Shown: positions 1 to 12,451, counted from the stretch's first letter. The stretch: 64,000 bases of DNA from Mantamonas sphyraenae STR306 (GCA_026936335.1 JAPMXV010000034.1:62001-126000), one strand, 5' to 3'. Made by a program: numbers and translations. Notes: generated by a model from the letters alone, not told the origin.

Positions 1-1952
1 CCCATGCACAGACCGTTGGGGCTCCTGTAACCGACAATGCCCAGGAACCCACCACCACCACCACCACCACCACCACAAGCAGCAGCAGTAGTAGCTCAAG
101 CAGCTCCAAGTCGGAACCTGAGCACTCAGCAGCTGCAGCCAAGGACGCAGGTCCCAGCAAACCCGAGGAACCCGAGTTTGGTGAGCCTTTGGCTGATATG
201 TACACTCTGGACGTGCCCGACGACTTTCATCTCGGCGCACAGGACCTGGACATCATGAAGCTCGCTGCTCAGTATGTCGCTCGCAACGGCATGGCCTTCC
301 AGCAAGGCCTGGCCTTTCGAGAAAAGCACAACTCGCCCCAATTCGACTTTCTCAACCCACTCCACTTTCTGCACCCACTGTTTCTGGCCATGGGTAAGTG
401 TGGGCAGCGTTGTGCGTGTTGAGGTGCAGAGTGACGACGTGCGCCGCACACCGCTAACCCGTAACCCCACCTTTCACACCACCTCGCATTCATATTATCA
501 CAGTGGACAAATATCGCAAGTGCATCGAGATGCCGGCCGAGGTGTCCGAGCAGATGAAGCACGACGCGCTGCGCAAGAACAAGGACGCGCTGCTGGCTCG
601 CTTGAGGCACAAACAAAAGGTGCTGGCGAAACGGGAGGAGGAGGAACGACGCAAGGAAGAAGACAAGGAGCTGGAAGAGCAGTTCCAAAGCCAGATTGAT
701 TGGTACGACTTCAAAACGGCAGAAACCATTGATTTCGACGACGACGACTTTGAAGAAACCGACGCAGGTGCAGAGGCAGAAGGAGCGAGTGCAGGAGAGG
801 CAAACGAGGACGAGGACGAGGACGACGGGGGAGACATGGACATGGAGGATTCGGACAGTGATGATGACGACTTGGCCAACGTCAAGGTGGTCAAAGACTA
901 TGTCCCGGGACAGGGATTCCAGAGACAAAAGAAGGAGCTGACCCAGGTGTGTCCACGATGTGGCCGCGAAGTGCCCATCGATGAGTTTGCAGAGCATATG
1001 CGTGTTGAGCTGCTCGATCCCAAGTGGCAGGAGCAACGGCGTGCGGCGCAGCAGGTGCCCGATGTCCTGGCCTCCTCCGACACCGTTGCCGCTAGCCTGT
1101 GTCCGTCTGTCCAAACACCGCACAGATATCTTTGGAGGAGAGGACGAAGTGGCTGTCAAGAGGCCGCCCACGCGTGAGATCACCCCGAAAACTGCGAGCA
1201 TGCCCGCCGCCAACGCAAACATGTCTCTGGCCGACCAAATTGCTGCCATCCACGCAAGCAACGCCAAAAACAGGAACACAAACACAGAGGGGTCTCTGTT
1301 GGGCAGTGACCACCCCAAGCACAACACCACCTCAACAACCACAGCCGCCGCCGCACAGGCTGTCTCCCGCCCGCCTTTCATGCCCCAACCCAACCAACCA
1401 GGCATGATGCAGATGCATCACGGTGGCCCTCCCATGGGCTTGTCGCGTACGCCGCAAGCTTCGTCCTCGTTGGTGCGTCCACGCGAGGCCATGTCCGAAG
1501 ACTCCGCTCTGGCCCCCACCTCCTCCTCATCCTCATCCTCATCCTCCTCCAACGCCAAGGTGCCAGGACGCTCAGGCCAACTGGCAGAGTCGGACGGGGA
1601 CGGCGACGAAGCAAGCAAGCGCAGGAAAACCGACACTGGCCTGCTGTCGGAGCAGGAATGGCTTGCAAACCATCCGGGGGACGTGCAGGTGCAGGTGCAG
1701 GTGCCCGACGACTCGGAAAAGAGCGATTGGAAGTTCAATGGTCAGACATTGAGCTACGACATCGACATCCAAAGTCTGGTGAGCGCGCTAAAGAAGCTCA
1801 TCTCCCAGGACCTGGGCATCCCCATCAACAAGCAGAAGCTGAAAATGGACAACATCGGCTTCCTCAAAGACAAGCTGTCGCTAGCCCATTACAACATGAG
1901 CGATGGTGTGGTGCTGGAACTGGGCAGCAAGACTCGCGGCGGCAAGAAATGA
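1..1952 (+). CDS. SF3A1: Splicing factor 3A subunit 1 (Prp21), 5'-partial
   Basis: SURP motif (LDIMKLAAQYVARNG...QFDFL), then QIDWYDF, a CPRC...EHMRVELLDPKW motif and a C-terminal ubiquitin-like domain. GT-AG intron ~394-503. The frame is open from the window start. Apparent 1-nt insertion at ~1100. Confidence 0.93.
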
Positions 1953-1996
1953 AGTCGTGGTGCTCTCCATGTTGCTGTATGGTTCTGCCTTGCTTT

Positions 1997-3607
1997 TCAC
2001 GCCGCATTGCCAGCAACCATCTTTGTCAACTCCTCCAACACCTTTGCTTGCTGGGAAGAGTCCATGCTGGCGAGGAGGGTGAGCACCTTTGTGACGGGGT
2101 CGTCCAGTGTCACAAACGAGTGCAGGTAGACATACACAAAGGCGCCCATGACAATCTGACAGTCCATGCGATCGGTCATGCCACCGTGGCCCGGAATGCT
2201 GTCGCCAAAGTCGTCGATGTTGAATGCTCGCTTGAAGCCGCTGGCAAAGAAGCCGCCAAACGGGGCGACCATGGAAGCAAAGAGGGCCAGCGAGAGGGCA
2301 TGCAGCTGGAACGGTGCCACCGACACAACACCCGAGGTGTTGCCCAGCATGGTAGCGAGGGGATGAAACAGGGCGGGCACAGCCATGTCCTGCGGAACAA
2401 ACACGGGGGCCAGGGTGCACGCCTCGAAACCCCAGGTGAGGCTCTGCTTGGGACACAGGAGAAACGTGAAGCGCAACAGGTAGCCCGAAGCGAAAAAGGC
2501 AAACAGGAAGGTCATGATGGTGGCGCCAATGAAGCCCTCCCACGTCTTGTTGGGCGAGAGCTTGATGAGGCTGGTGCGGCCAAAGAGACGGCCAAACACA
2601 TACGCCTGAGTGTCATTGACAATGATGAGCAAGGCCGGGAAGAAGAACCAGATGAGGCCGTCGAGAGTGTTGGCCACCAGAAAGTTGGACTGCACAATAC
2701 ACACCAGAATGACGCCGTAGGTCCAAGCGAGCTGGCCAAACTGGTTGCGGTAGTGGCCCTTCTGCAGGTTGAGTACGAAAAACACAAAGCCAGCCAGGTA
2801 CAGAGTGAAGCAGACAAAGTTGTGGTGGGTGGCCAGCCAGTGCAGCGGGCTGGACTCGTTGGCAAAGTCCGCCGGGAAGCGCGACACAAACGTGTTGCCG
2901 TACAGATAGTACAGCGCAACCCAGAAGTTGTACCTGTGGCAGAGGGGGGAGGAAGATTGGTCAGAGGGGCACACACACACACACCCATCCATACCTGCTT
3001 GGGGATGAAGCACACACGCATAGAGACTTACCAGGGAAGCAGGCGAGCGGTGGCGTCTTGGCGCGCCTCTCGCACCTTGTTCATGATGACGTTGAGTTCA
3101 CTGAAGATGAGATACTGGCAGGCAACCACGTACACTGAGGCCATCCAGTGACCAAAGTAGATGATCAGAGAGAAACCAAAAATGCCGGCAAAGGTGGAAA
3201 AGGTGCGCTTGCGGCGTTTGGACGCACCAGCCTCGGCTTCGGCTTTCTGCGATGAGCGGGTGAGCCTGTGCGCCAGAAGAAGGACACGGCAGATGGGTTC
3301 CCGCACAATGACGTCATTGCCGTGTGCTCACATGCGTGTTTGTCCATGAAATCGTGGGCAGGAAAGTGTGGATAAGGCAGCAAGGGCAGGAATTCGGCAG
3401 GAACAACGACGGTTGGCCGCCGACGACGTCATCGGCGACGCGGCGAAAACGGACCTTTTTGGCGGCGAGAGCCATGGCATCCGTTTCGGGCTGGGCCTGT
3501 TGGGCAGTCACACGGACAGAGGGATGGGAAACCTGGGAAGCATTTGTGGAGATGACCGATGCATTGTCTGTGTCTGCACTGGGTTTGCTGCGACTCCTCA
3601 AGCCCAT
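1997..3607 (-). CDS. CDS1: Phosphatidate cytidylyltransferase (CDP-diacylglycerol synthase)
   Basis: Signature motifs IVNDTQAYVFG, LSPNKTWEGFIG, GFFASGFKRAF and IPGHGGMTDRMDC; multipass membrane protein; several 5' introns. Confidence 0.93.
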
Positions 3608-3649
3608 TTCGGTGTGGGATTTTGATTTGGGGTGGGGAGCGCACGGTGG

Positions 3650-4663
3650 TCACATCATGGACAAAAGGGCAGGAAGGTTGTTGATGATACGTCCATGGAG
3701 GTAGGAGGGAACACGAGAGGCTGTGCTCTGGACAGGGACGTGGTGAGCAACGAGGACAGGTTGCCAGCCCACAGCCCTTGCTCCGTCGGCATCCTTGGAG
3801 ACAGAGTCACCCACATACACACACTGGGAAGGGTCAAGGTTGGAGCCCAGCGAGCAGTTGGCAATGGCATGCACAGCGTGGAAGGCACACGGGTCGGGCT
3901 TGGCCACAGCAAGCTCACGGGCTGTGAGGACGACGTCGAGGCAGGAGCGATCAATGCCATGGTAACGCAAGATGCGATGCAGGCGGTCGTCAAAGTTGCT
4001 GAGGACAGCGACAAAGAGGTGTTTGTGTCGCTTGAGGGCGCACAGGGTATCGCGTGCTCCTTCAAACAGTTGGTAGGCTGGACCCTGGTAGTGGGCGTAC
4101 ACGTCGCTGTACAGTTCGTCCAGGATGTGGTCGTCGGTGACCGCTTGCATGTCAGCCAGGGCAGAGGCGACAGTGTTTGCAAAGACGGTGATCCACCAGG
4201 TTTTGTTGCTCATGGTTTCGTGTTGCTGGGACAGTGTGGCTACCCGTTCGCGCACAAAGTCCCACGATTGGTAGGGATCACAGATGGAGGAGGAGGAAAG
4301 GTCATCGAGCGCAGCACGCAGGGCATGCACGTCGTTGCCACGCCCGAAATTGGGCGCTTGTTTGTTTTGATGGCCATACCAACCGCCCATTGCCTGGAAC
4401 TCAGCGTGGTCCATGTTTGGTACATTCATGGGTTCGACAATGAGGTTTTTGAGGTCTGGGTTGCCCGAAAATGCGTAGTTGAGCCTGTGCACGACCTGCT
4501 GTTCGGCCTGCGGGGTCAGGTCGACCATCAAGCCGTGGCGCTGCATCACATGAAGATACTGAGCTCCGACGGAGCCACGGACGTGAAAGAGGGTGTCTGT
4601 AGCATCAAAGGCCACCAGTCGGGCAAACATGGGGTTGGTGGCTGCTTGCGCAGGGGCAGCCAA
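3650..4663 (-). CDS. HAD-like hydrolase, HDHD3-like
   Basis: Motif I (FDATDTL), SNFD, KPDP and YVGDS..KD..GARAVG; the start may be the ATG at 4630. Confidence 0.85.
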   Translation of the reverse strand: MAAPAQAATNPMFARLVAFDATDTLFHVRGSVGAQYLHVMQRHGLMVDLTPQAEQQVVHRLNYAFSGNPDLKNLIVEPMNVPNMDHAEFQAMGGWYGHQNKQAPNFGRGNDVHALRAALDDLSSSSICDPYQSWDFVRERVATLSQQHETMSNKTWWITVFANTVASALADMQAVTDDHILDELYSDVYAHYQGPAYQLFEGARDTLCALKRHKHLFVAVLSNFDDRLHRILRYHGIDRSCLDVVLTARELAVAKPDPCAFHAVHAIANCSLGSNLDPSQCVYVGDSVSKDADGARAVGWQPVLVAHHVPVQSTASRVPSYLHGRIINNLPALLSMM

Positions 4664-4683
4664 GCCACGCCGCCGAAACCGGG

Positions 4684-6425
4684 ATGAGCAGCAGCAGCAG
4701 TGGTCCCAAGACTGACAAGCAGGCCAGCATAGGAATCAAAGCGACACCGGAGGGCGTGGAGCAGGTGCGTGCTGTGGTGGACGAACTGTACAGAGTCAAA
4801 GAGCAGGAGTTTGGGCGGGACAAGCAGGCACAGCTGGAGTCGTTGCAGGCCCGGGTCCAAGAGCTGCTCAGTCAAATGGGACGCCACAGCGAAGAAGGGA
4901 CGCATGCAGAGGAAGCGCAAACAGGAGCTCTGGACGAGGCGGAGATACAGCTGCTGTATCTGCGCGGGAAAGCCCTTGCAGCAGGCGACACACACAGTGC
5001 TGAAGCGGAGAAACTGCTTTCGCGGGCCGTCAAGCTGGATCCCCTGTGTGTGGATGCATGGAATTGCCTTGGAGAGAACTTTTGGAAAGCAGGCAAACTG
5101 ACCACAGCCTACCAATGCTTCACCACGGCATCAAACATGGTAGGCAAGGGTGAACGGGGCTGAGAAAACGGTTGGCAAGGTGAAGCCACTTTGTCTGACC
5201 CAGCACACCCACAACGGCTGGTTGATACACACACACACACACACACACAGGAAGAGAACAAAGCATCGTACAGGCTCATGTCGATGGTATTGCGCCAACT
5301 GGGCTCTGGTAAGAACCACGTGCCTCAGCACACGCACACTGACGCACACTGACGCACACTGACACTGGACCTTGATTCTGGGGATAACACCACGCTCACG
5401 CGGTCGCAGACGAGCATGAGAAGAGCCAAAATGTGGAAAAGAGCGTGCGCGTGGCGAAATCGGCCGTGGCGCTGGATTTGGAAGACGGGAATTCGTGGTG
5501 TATGTTTGGCACCCAGCACAGAGAGAAAGAGAAAGAGAGAGACTCACACACACATACACGCCTACCTGGGGGGGGGGGTTCCTGGGTTGGATGCACAGAT
5601 ATCCTGGGAAACGCATTCCTGAGCACTTTCTTTGTAAACTCGCACGAGGTGGAGGACCTGCAGCGAGCCCAGAACGCATACACCAAGGCTGAATCGGACG
5701 AACGGATGTCTGGGAACCCAGACCTGCACTATAACCATGCCATGGCCCTGCGCTATCTGGAACAGTACCAGGAGGCGCTGGAGCATCTGGAGACAGCGAG
5801 CGAGCTGGAACCATCGTGGAAGCAGCCCGGGGCAGATCTAGAGCAGATTGTGCATCAATTGGGCCTGCTGAGCAGACAATTGGGCAGTAGCAGCAAGGGC
5901 CGACTGCCAAAACGTGTGCAAACGCACCTGGCCAAAATGGCCCATGCCTTGGAAGCCGGTCTGGAGCTCACAACCAGCTCCACCGAGCTTGTGCACAACA
6001 CTGTGTCGGAACTGCAGGATGGAAGCAACGACCACGCCCTGGTGATGACATATTGCCTCATGCAAGTGCAGGACACTGCGCCCCAGTACGTTCTCCTTCA
6101 CACACACACACAAACTCATTCACATGCAAACTCACACGCATGCACGTCCTTCTCTTCGTACAGGATCTTTGTGGTGGCCGACGTGACGGGTATGATGGTG
6201 GCGGTCTCTGTGTACAACATGGCAGCCGGTGCGATTCCCGACGGGGCGGATTTGACGTTGCTACGACCTGAGTTTGTTGCGCAGCGCACAGTGGAGTACG
6301 CAGGCACAACCTTTTCATACCCTGCCATCATCATTCACAACGCATCTGAACAGCTGCTGCTTGACGGCAAACCGTATGTGTTCGATGGGGGGAAAGACAG
6401 TGTTCGTTTGCAATCAAAGACGTGA
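4684..6425 (+). CDS. TTC5: Tetratricopeptide repeat protein 5 (TPR plus C-terminal OB domain)
   Basis: LSRAVKLDP..VDAWNCLGE, DGNSW(Y)ILGNAFLS and NPDLHYN motifs; OB-fold C-terminus (AVSVYNMA); about 4 introns. Confidence 0.88.
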
Positions 6426-6496
6426 CAACGCTCCCAGCTGCACTTGCCACATCGTCGAGTCGACCCTCGATGCCCCCATGCATGTCTTGCGAGAAT

Positions 6497-8047
6497 TCAC
6501 CTTGCATGCGCAGAGTCGAGAATGCGTGTGAGAATGAGGTCGAGATCGTTGTGCAGATGATGAAGATCCAGTTTGGTGTTGTGCTGATCGTGGAGAAGCC
6601 AGTAATGGGCTCCTACTGCCTGGGTGATATGATAGTGGAGACGAGAAACACGATGGTCGCCCACAGCGACTTCGAGGACGTGTGTGTTGGCGCTGCTGAA
6701 AACGAGATTGACAAAGGCAGGAGAGGACATACCCACGACCAGTCGTGCTTGTGCAAACAGACTTGCAATCAAGCCGCTGTCGCTGTAGTCGCGTACGATA
6801 TGAAACTCCAGGTGGGCACGGCCGACCGTGGCCGTCTGCATCAGTTCACAGAACCGTTTGCCCAGATCAGCGTCGCCATAGGGACTGGAGCCATCGGGGT
6901 TGTTGAGAATGCATAGGACTTTGCGGGGCGACGATGGGTGGGTGAGCCCATAGGCGCGTGGAAACGTGGCGACCGACTCGCGGGCTGGTTGAGTTAGGCT
7001 CTCGATTCGAGGCAGGAAAAGGTGGTCCACATAGTAGGTGGTGGCAGGCTGACGAATGACGAGGCGGCTTTGCAAGCCAATGGCCTGCCAGGCGGACAGC
7101 ATCCACGGCTCGTGGGGATCAGGGACGAGCAAGGCAACCTGCGGGTTCTCGCGCACAAAGTTGAGCACCTGCATGAACGAGCCCAGAGTCTGGAGCACAA
7201 AGGATTCGTAGGGTCGGTCGGTCTGGTAGTGACTGGTGTCCAATAGGTAGGGAAAGTGGAGGGTGCGTGTGTGTGTCGGTTGCACGTTGCCGCTGTGCAG
7301 GGTCTCGATCTGTTCTGCACAGCCGTGACACACGCCCTGCGACGCCCGAAACTCGTACATGTTGAGTTGATCGTACACAAGGCCACTGGGCAGCATCCAA
7401 GCGTACTCCAGCTCCAGCAGATAGCAGTACATGTGATGGGTGGGCCAGGAGGCCTCGCGCGGGGCCCGTGCGTCGCCTTCGTCCCCAAACATCGGCTTGT
7501 GGGTCAGCCCCTGCAACGTGTGCACCGCATGCAGAGGATAAGCCGCCTTTTCCGTCTTGAGGTGCACTTGATACGACTCCATGTACTTCAGTGCGTCTCC
7601 CAGGGTCTTGGCCACGACAAGCTTGGCAAAGTCTGGCACGCGCACGGCTTTGGGGTCACTTCCGTTGACCACTTTGCCTGTCGTGTCCACGAGAGGCCTC
7701 CATACAGTCACAGGTGTGGGTGTGGGTGTGGGAGTGTTTGAGGCCTTGGGCTTTGGCGTGGAAGACCTCGTCGGTGCACGTGTCGGCCTGGGTCTCGGGG
7801 TGTTCCGTGTCCGCCTCCTGCCTCGCCTGCGTGTACGCTGGCCATGCGTCCGTCTCTCATCCGAGGCTGTGTCATGTGCAGTCGGCCTTGTGCCTTGTTG
7901 CTTCTCCTTGGCGTTGCTATCGGTCGCAGGCCGCACCTCCTCGTCGTCGTCGCCGACTTTGTAGTGGCTCTCCAGCATGGACAGCGACACAAAGTACACG
8001 CAGACGAGCACCACGGCAGCAGCAACAAGAATCGATCTGTCGGCCAT
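6497..8047 (-). CDS. Type II membrane glycosyltransferase, GT61/DUF563-like
   Basis: N-terminal TM anchor, Pro/Thr-rich stem, and C-terminal LFAQARLVVGMSSPAFVNLVFS...VLEV matching the GT61 motif (usually xHGAxLxN, degenerate here). Confidence 0.6.
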   Translation of the reverse strand: MADRSILVAAAVVLVCVYFVSLSMLESHYKVGDDDEEVRPATDSNAKEKQQGTRPTAHDTASDERRTHGQRTRRRGRRRTRNTPRPRPTRAPTRSSTPKPKASNTPTPTPTPVTVWRPLVDTTGKVVNGSDPKAVRVPDFAKLVVAKTLGDALKYMESYQVHLKTEKAAYPLHAVHTLQGLTHKPMFGDEGDARAPREASWPTHHMYCYLLELEYAWMLPSGLVYDQLNMYEFRASQGVCHGCAEQIETLHSGNVQPTHTRTLHFPYLLDTSHYQTDRPYESFVLQTLGSFMQVLNFVRENPQVALLVPDPHEPWMLSAWQAIGLQSRLVIRQPATTYYVDHLFLPRIESLTQPARESVATFPRAYGLTHPSSPRKVLCILNNPDGSSPYGDADLGKRFCELMQTATVGRAHLEFHIVRDYSDSGLIASLFAQARLVVGMSSPAFVNLVFSSANTHVLEVAVGDHRVSRLHYHITQAVGAHYWLLHDQHNTKLDLHHLHNDLDLILTRILDSAHAR

Positions 8048-8139
8048 GGGTTGGGACGCGGGTGTGCAAATGGAGAGCTGGAAAGCGGGGAGGAGCGGAG
8101 AAGGGTGAAGAAGTGGGTTTTGTTGGGGACCAGCGGGGC

Positions 8140-8714
8140 TCAGTAGTGGCAGGTGGCGTCAATCTTCTTCTGAATGAGCTCCACTGAAATGTCATCCTCA
8201 GTCCTAGCGTTGATCTGCACGTGGAAACCCTTGAGGAAGGAGCCAAACCTGTCGGCGTGGGCGTGCAACAAACCCTTACGGATTGTGGGCAGGCCATCGG
8301 GGGCCCATGTGATGTACACAAACTTGTGCTTGGTGCTGCCTTTGTCGTCGTACTCAAACCTGAGAAACACGTAGCTGTGCGTGTTGGGCCACGCAGGTCA
8401 GGTGCAAAGGGTGTGTCAGGTCGCCAAACCCTCTTTGCCTCGTCCCCTCTGTGCACGATGCAAACTCACAGTGCCTTGCCGTCACTCATGTCCCACATCA
8501 TGTCCTCCACGCCTCCGTCGCCTTCGGCCTCGACCTGCAGGACGTTGGTGCCCTTCTTGTACGAAAACACAGCGTAGTTGTTCTTGCCGTCCAGCACGTC
8601 CTGGTATGCCTGCTGCACCGTCTCGTCAGAGAAATCCAGTTCGCCATCGCCAACCTTGGCCGACGTCTCGTACGAGATGCTTGTGTGATTGGAAACTTGG
8701 TCTTTGTACGACAT
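8140..8714 (-). CDS. ADF-H domain actin-binding protein, coactosin-like
   Basis: Two exons (intron ~8376-8468); AYQDV...YAVFSY...GDGGVE...KFVYITW...GFHVQINAR. Confidence 0.85.
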
Positions 8715-8770
8715 GTCGACGGGGCGGGTTTGGCACGCACTGCGCCAACGAAACACACACCGGCCTTCTC

Positions 8771-10285
8771 ATGAGTGCAGAGGAAGTTGCCGACATCATC
8801 GGCTACTCATTGCTGGCCTTTTTTGGGCTGCTTCTCCTGGTAGGTTGTTCAGCGGTTGGGTGTGCGTGGCTCGGGCGAGGCAGAGGTAGAGAGTTGCGCG
8901 GCCGCAGGTGGAGTTTGGCGACTGACGCCTGGAGTTTGCGCCCCCACCGTCGTCCTTCCCACCGCCCACAGATCTTCCTCGGATACGTCATTGCCTCCAT
9001 CAAGATCGTGGAGAAGGGCACGTCCATGATCATTGAGCGATGGGGCAAGTTCAACCGTCGTGTAAGTGCTCCGTGTGTGTGTGTGTGGCCGTGTATCGGC
9101 GCTTGGCGAGGCGCTGACGCTGAAAACTCTCCCCACTTTATTCAAAACCACGGCAGCTCGACGCCGGCTTCCACTTTCTCATCCCCTTTGTGGAGCGCCC
9201 GCGCCTGGTGCGCTGGCGCCAAAGCGAGAGTGTGGCCCGTGACCAGGGCTACAGCTTTGGGTATTCCGAGCCCACGTGGGTGATTGAGTACCAGGAGAAA
9301 ATCATCGACCGCATCGACTTGCGTGAAACCGTGATGGGTCAGTTCCCTCTTTGCCTCCTGCTGCTTTTCACACGGACTCCTTGCTGACCCTGTTGCTCGT
9401 CACGCCTGCAGATTTCCCTCGCCAGTCCATTATCACACGCGACAACGTCGAGATCGAGATCCATCCCATGATTCTCTACGAGATTGTGAATCCCATCAAG
9501 ATCGCCTATGAGGTGCGTTTTGTTTCCGTGCTCGTGCCTCCACACGCTCGCCCTCTCCCGGCCACAAACCCATGTGCTGACCACGCCCCCTCCCCTCATC
9601 GCACCATCGCACCATCGCACCATTCCATTTCCACGGCCTTGCCATCGCACAGGTGTACGACTTTAGCCACGCTGTGGAGAAGCTTGTGCAGACCACGCTT
9701 CGTTCGATTGTGGGTGACATGGGCCTGGACGACACGCTCGCCTCGCGCGAGGAGATCAACCGCCTGCTTATGATCAAGATCAGCCAGGTGTGCCTCAACT
9801 GGGGCCTTGCTCTGCGCAAGGTGGAGATCCTGGAGATTCTCCCCGGCCGCAGCATCCAGCAGGCGATGCACAAGCAGATTGCTGCCGAGCGTATCCGCCG
9901 TGCAGCCATCATCAGCGCTGACGGTTTCCGTGAGATGACCAAGACTGAGGCCGAGGGTGATTCGCAGTCGGCCATTGCCCTCTCCAAGGGCCAGCAGCGC
10001 GTCAGCATCCTGCGTGCAACCGGTTACAGCGAAGCCAAGATCCTCATGGCCAATGCCGAGGCCGAGGCACTCAAGATCATTTCGACGTCGCTTCAGCAGT
10101 ACGGCATCGAGCCCACACAGTACATGATCGGTCTGAAGTACATCGACACCTTCCGCTCGCTCGCCACGCGTGCAGGCAAGCGTGTCGTCTATTTCCCCTT
10201 CGAGACGCATATTTTTGGTGCCATGAAGGCGGTGACCACCCAGGATGGAGCCAAAGGCAAGGGCGGAAACCTGATCGACCTCTGA
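8771..10285 (+). CDS. SPFH/Band-7 (stomatin-like/QmcA) membrane protein
   Basis: N-terminal TM; IERWGKF, IDLRE..DFP.QSIITRDNV, QTTLRSIVGDMGLDDTLASRE and AERIRRA motifs; 4 introns. Confidence 0.9.
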
Positions 10286-10338
10286 GGGAATTGAAACAAA
10301 GCACAATCATCCTTCATCGTTTTGCCATCGCCACTGCC

Positions 10339-11164
10339 TCATTGCTTGCCACCTGCTCGACTCCTGCTTTTGCGCTTGGAAGAGATCTTGTTGGAGCGCA
10401 TGTTGCGCAGAGAGAAGGACGACAGCGGCGACTGCAGGCTCGCGTCAAAGTCGATCTTCTTTACAGGCATTGCACTCGCCGTGGTCTCTGGAGGACTGTC
10501 GCGCTTCTTTTTCCGTGTCGACGTTTTTGTGCTACCTGGCGCCCGCTTCCGCACAGCTGGTGTGCTTGCGCCCGCTTGTTTCTTGTTCGCCGTTGTCTTT
10601 ACCGCCTCCTCGATTGGTTTCGGGTCTGTCGATGCTGTTGTTGTTGTTGTTGTTGTGGTTGTTGCTGTGGCTGCTGCTGCTGGGGGTGGTGGTGGTGCGG
10701 TGACAGACCCTCCACCTGCCAGACTGGTCACGTTTGCATCCAAACTGACCAGCGACGGCGCTGCCACGCTTCCACTCGCACCGGAAGCCTTGAGACTGGA
10801 TGGCGATTGGAAGCGGTATACCTCGTTGTCACTTGCATCGCTTTCCTGTTCGTCCTCGTCCTCCCCGTCTGTGTTGTCATTCTCAGTTTCACTCCCGTCG
10901 TCGTTGTCGTCGCTGATGTCCTCGCTCGTCGTATCCCCTGCAACGTTTACGCAATCGCGTCAGCATCCTCAACAGCACATTCTGCTTCTGCTTCCATCCC
11001 CTCAACAACACACACTATCTCTTGCGGATGGAGGAAGGAACGCGGGTTTTTACTCACCATCCGAATCGTCGTCCGAATCGCTGTCCGATCCGTCGTCATC
11101 ATCGTCATCATCGTCGTCATCGTCATCATCGTCGTCGTCGTCATCATCATCGTCATCATCGTCG

Positions 11165-11196
<32 letters not shown>

Positions 11197-11910
11197 GTTG
11201 GCCTTTGACTCCTTCTTGACACCCTTGCCCTTTGCGGCCTTCTTCTCCCCTCCTGCAGGGGTCTCCTTGTTCTTGCGTGCCGCTCGCGCCTTTTCCAGGT
11301 TAGCACGGCGCTTGGCCAGCGACGCTTTGTCGTGCATTTTGCATGGCATCGGTTTCCCACACATTTCTCCCTTGCGTTTTCCACTCGAAAGCACGGTCGA
11401 GCATGTGTCTCCGCTCTCGCCTCCCTCCACATCCATGCTCTTGCTGCTCTCCTTCACTGCACTCTTCTTGCTCTTCTTGCCCTTGGTCGGCGATGCCTGT
11501 GAACTGCTGCTGCTGCTGCTGCCGCTGCTGCTGCTCTTGCTGCTGCTGCTTGACGAGCTCGTGGACCGCGACCCGCTTTCCTCGGCCCGAGCCCTCTTGA
11601 CATCTGCCCCACCACTACTGCTGTCGGCACTCCCCTTGCGCTTCCTTCCCGGCTGCTTGACACTCTCCCCCTTCTCGGCCACAATGGCCGTCACCTGGGC
11701 ATCCACATCAAACACCGCGTTCACTGTGTACGACGAAGCAGCTGCAAAGCCGTTGAGCTCCAGCCTTGAAATCACCCACTTTTGCTTGAACAACGACCGA
11801 ACGTCTTTGCGGATGCTCTTGATCAATTGGCCCACCGTCTCATCCTCTGGCACGTCCACTACCAGTTTCTTGTCCTCGTGGAACCCTTTGAATGACACAA
11901 ACAAGCGCAT
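10339..11910 (-). CDS. Low-complexity, probably nuclear protein with an N-terminal ubiquitin-like fold, a small Cys/His motif and a poly-Asp tract
   Basis: MRLFVSF...VDVPEDETVGQLI...LELNGF; CSTVLSSGKRKGEMCGKPMPCKMH; intron 10938-11057 (GTGAG...CAG) joins the two ORF-track pieces. Confidence 0.6.
11094..11197 (-). repeat. (GAC/GAT)n trinucleotide repeat encoding about 35 Asp
   Basis: Direct reading of the sequence. Confidence 0.95.
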
Positions 11911-11956
11911 TGGTTTCGAGTTGCCTCCGCCTCCGTGTCCAGCCCAAATTGCTCTC

Positions 11957-12451
11957 ATGTCCTCTGATAGCTCCTTCTCCACCTGCCACATGCAGAATCC
12001 CATGACTGTTGACATTGTTGACGACGAATGGAGCACACATGTCCTCCCCAACGACAGTCCGTTGCTTGTTTTTCGCGCGCTTCCTGCTTCCCGGCTTGCC
12101 CTTCTCCCACTCCATCCTCGCTCCCCCTGCTCTCTCCAAACCCGCTTTGTCATTGACCCTGTCCACTCACTCACCTACTCTGATCCACAGACGTCCAGGT
12201 GCCGCTCTCCATCGAGCTGCCGGGGATGGAGAACGACGACGTCCGTACGTGCCTCCTTGCTCGCTCTTCCCTGCCTTCCCTCAACACCCGATATCCGATG
12301 TCCATTCCTCTTTTGCTGCTCACTCACACGCACATGATCTCTCCCTCGTTTGCCACGTTACTGCACTCCGCCAGGTCCCGACCCTCAGGAACGCTGGCAT
12401 GATCCGCGAATCCTCCAGCGCTTCGTCCCTGCAGAGAGCAGCACGCAGTGA
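11957..12451 (+). CDS. ANAPC13: Anaphase-promoting complex subunit 13 (three-exon microgene)
   Basis: Exons 11957-12056, 12191-12244 and 12375-12451 give MSSDSSFSTCHMQNPMTVDIVDDEWSTHVLPNDNVQVPLSIELPGMENDDVRPDPQERWHD..., matching the APC13 pattern D[LI][IV]DDxW...LPxxxVxxP...W-x-D. Confidence 0.8.

Noticed and set aside
10322-12337. 671-aa plus-strand ORF
   Set aside because: It is the antisense shadow of the low-complexity minus-strand gene; only its end overlaps the real APC13 exon 1.
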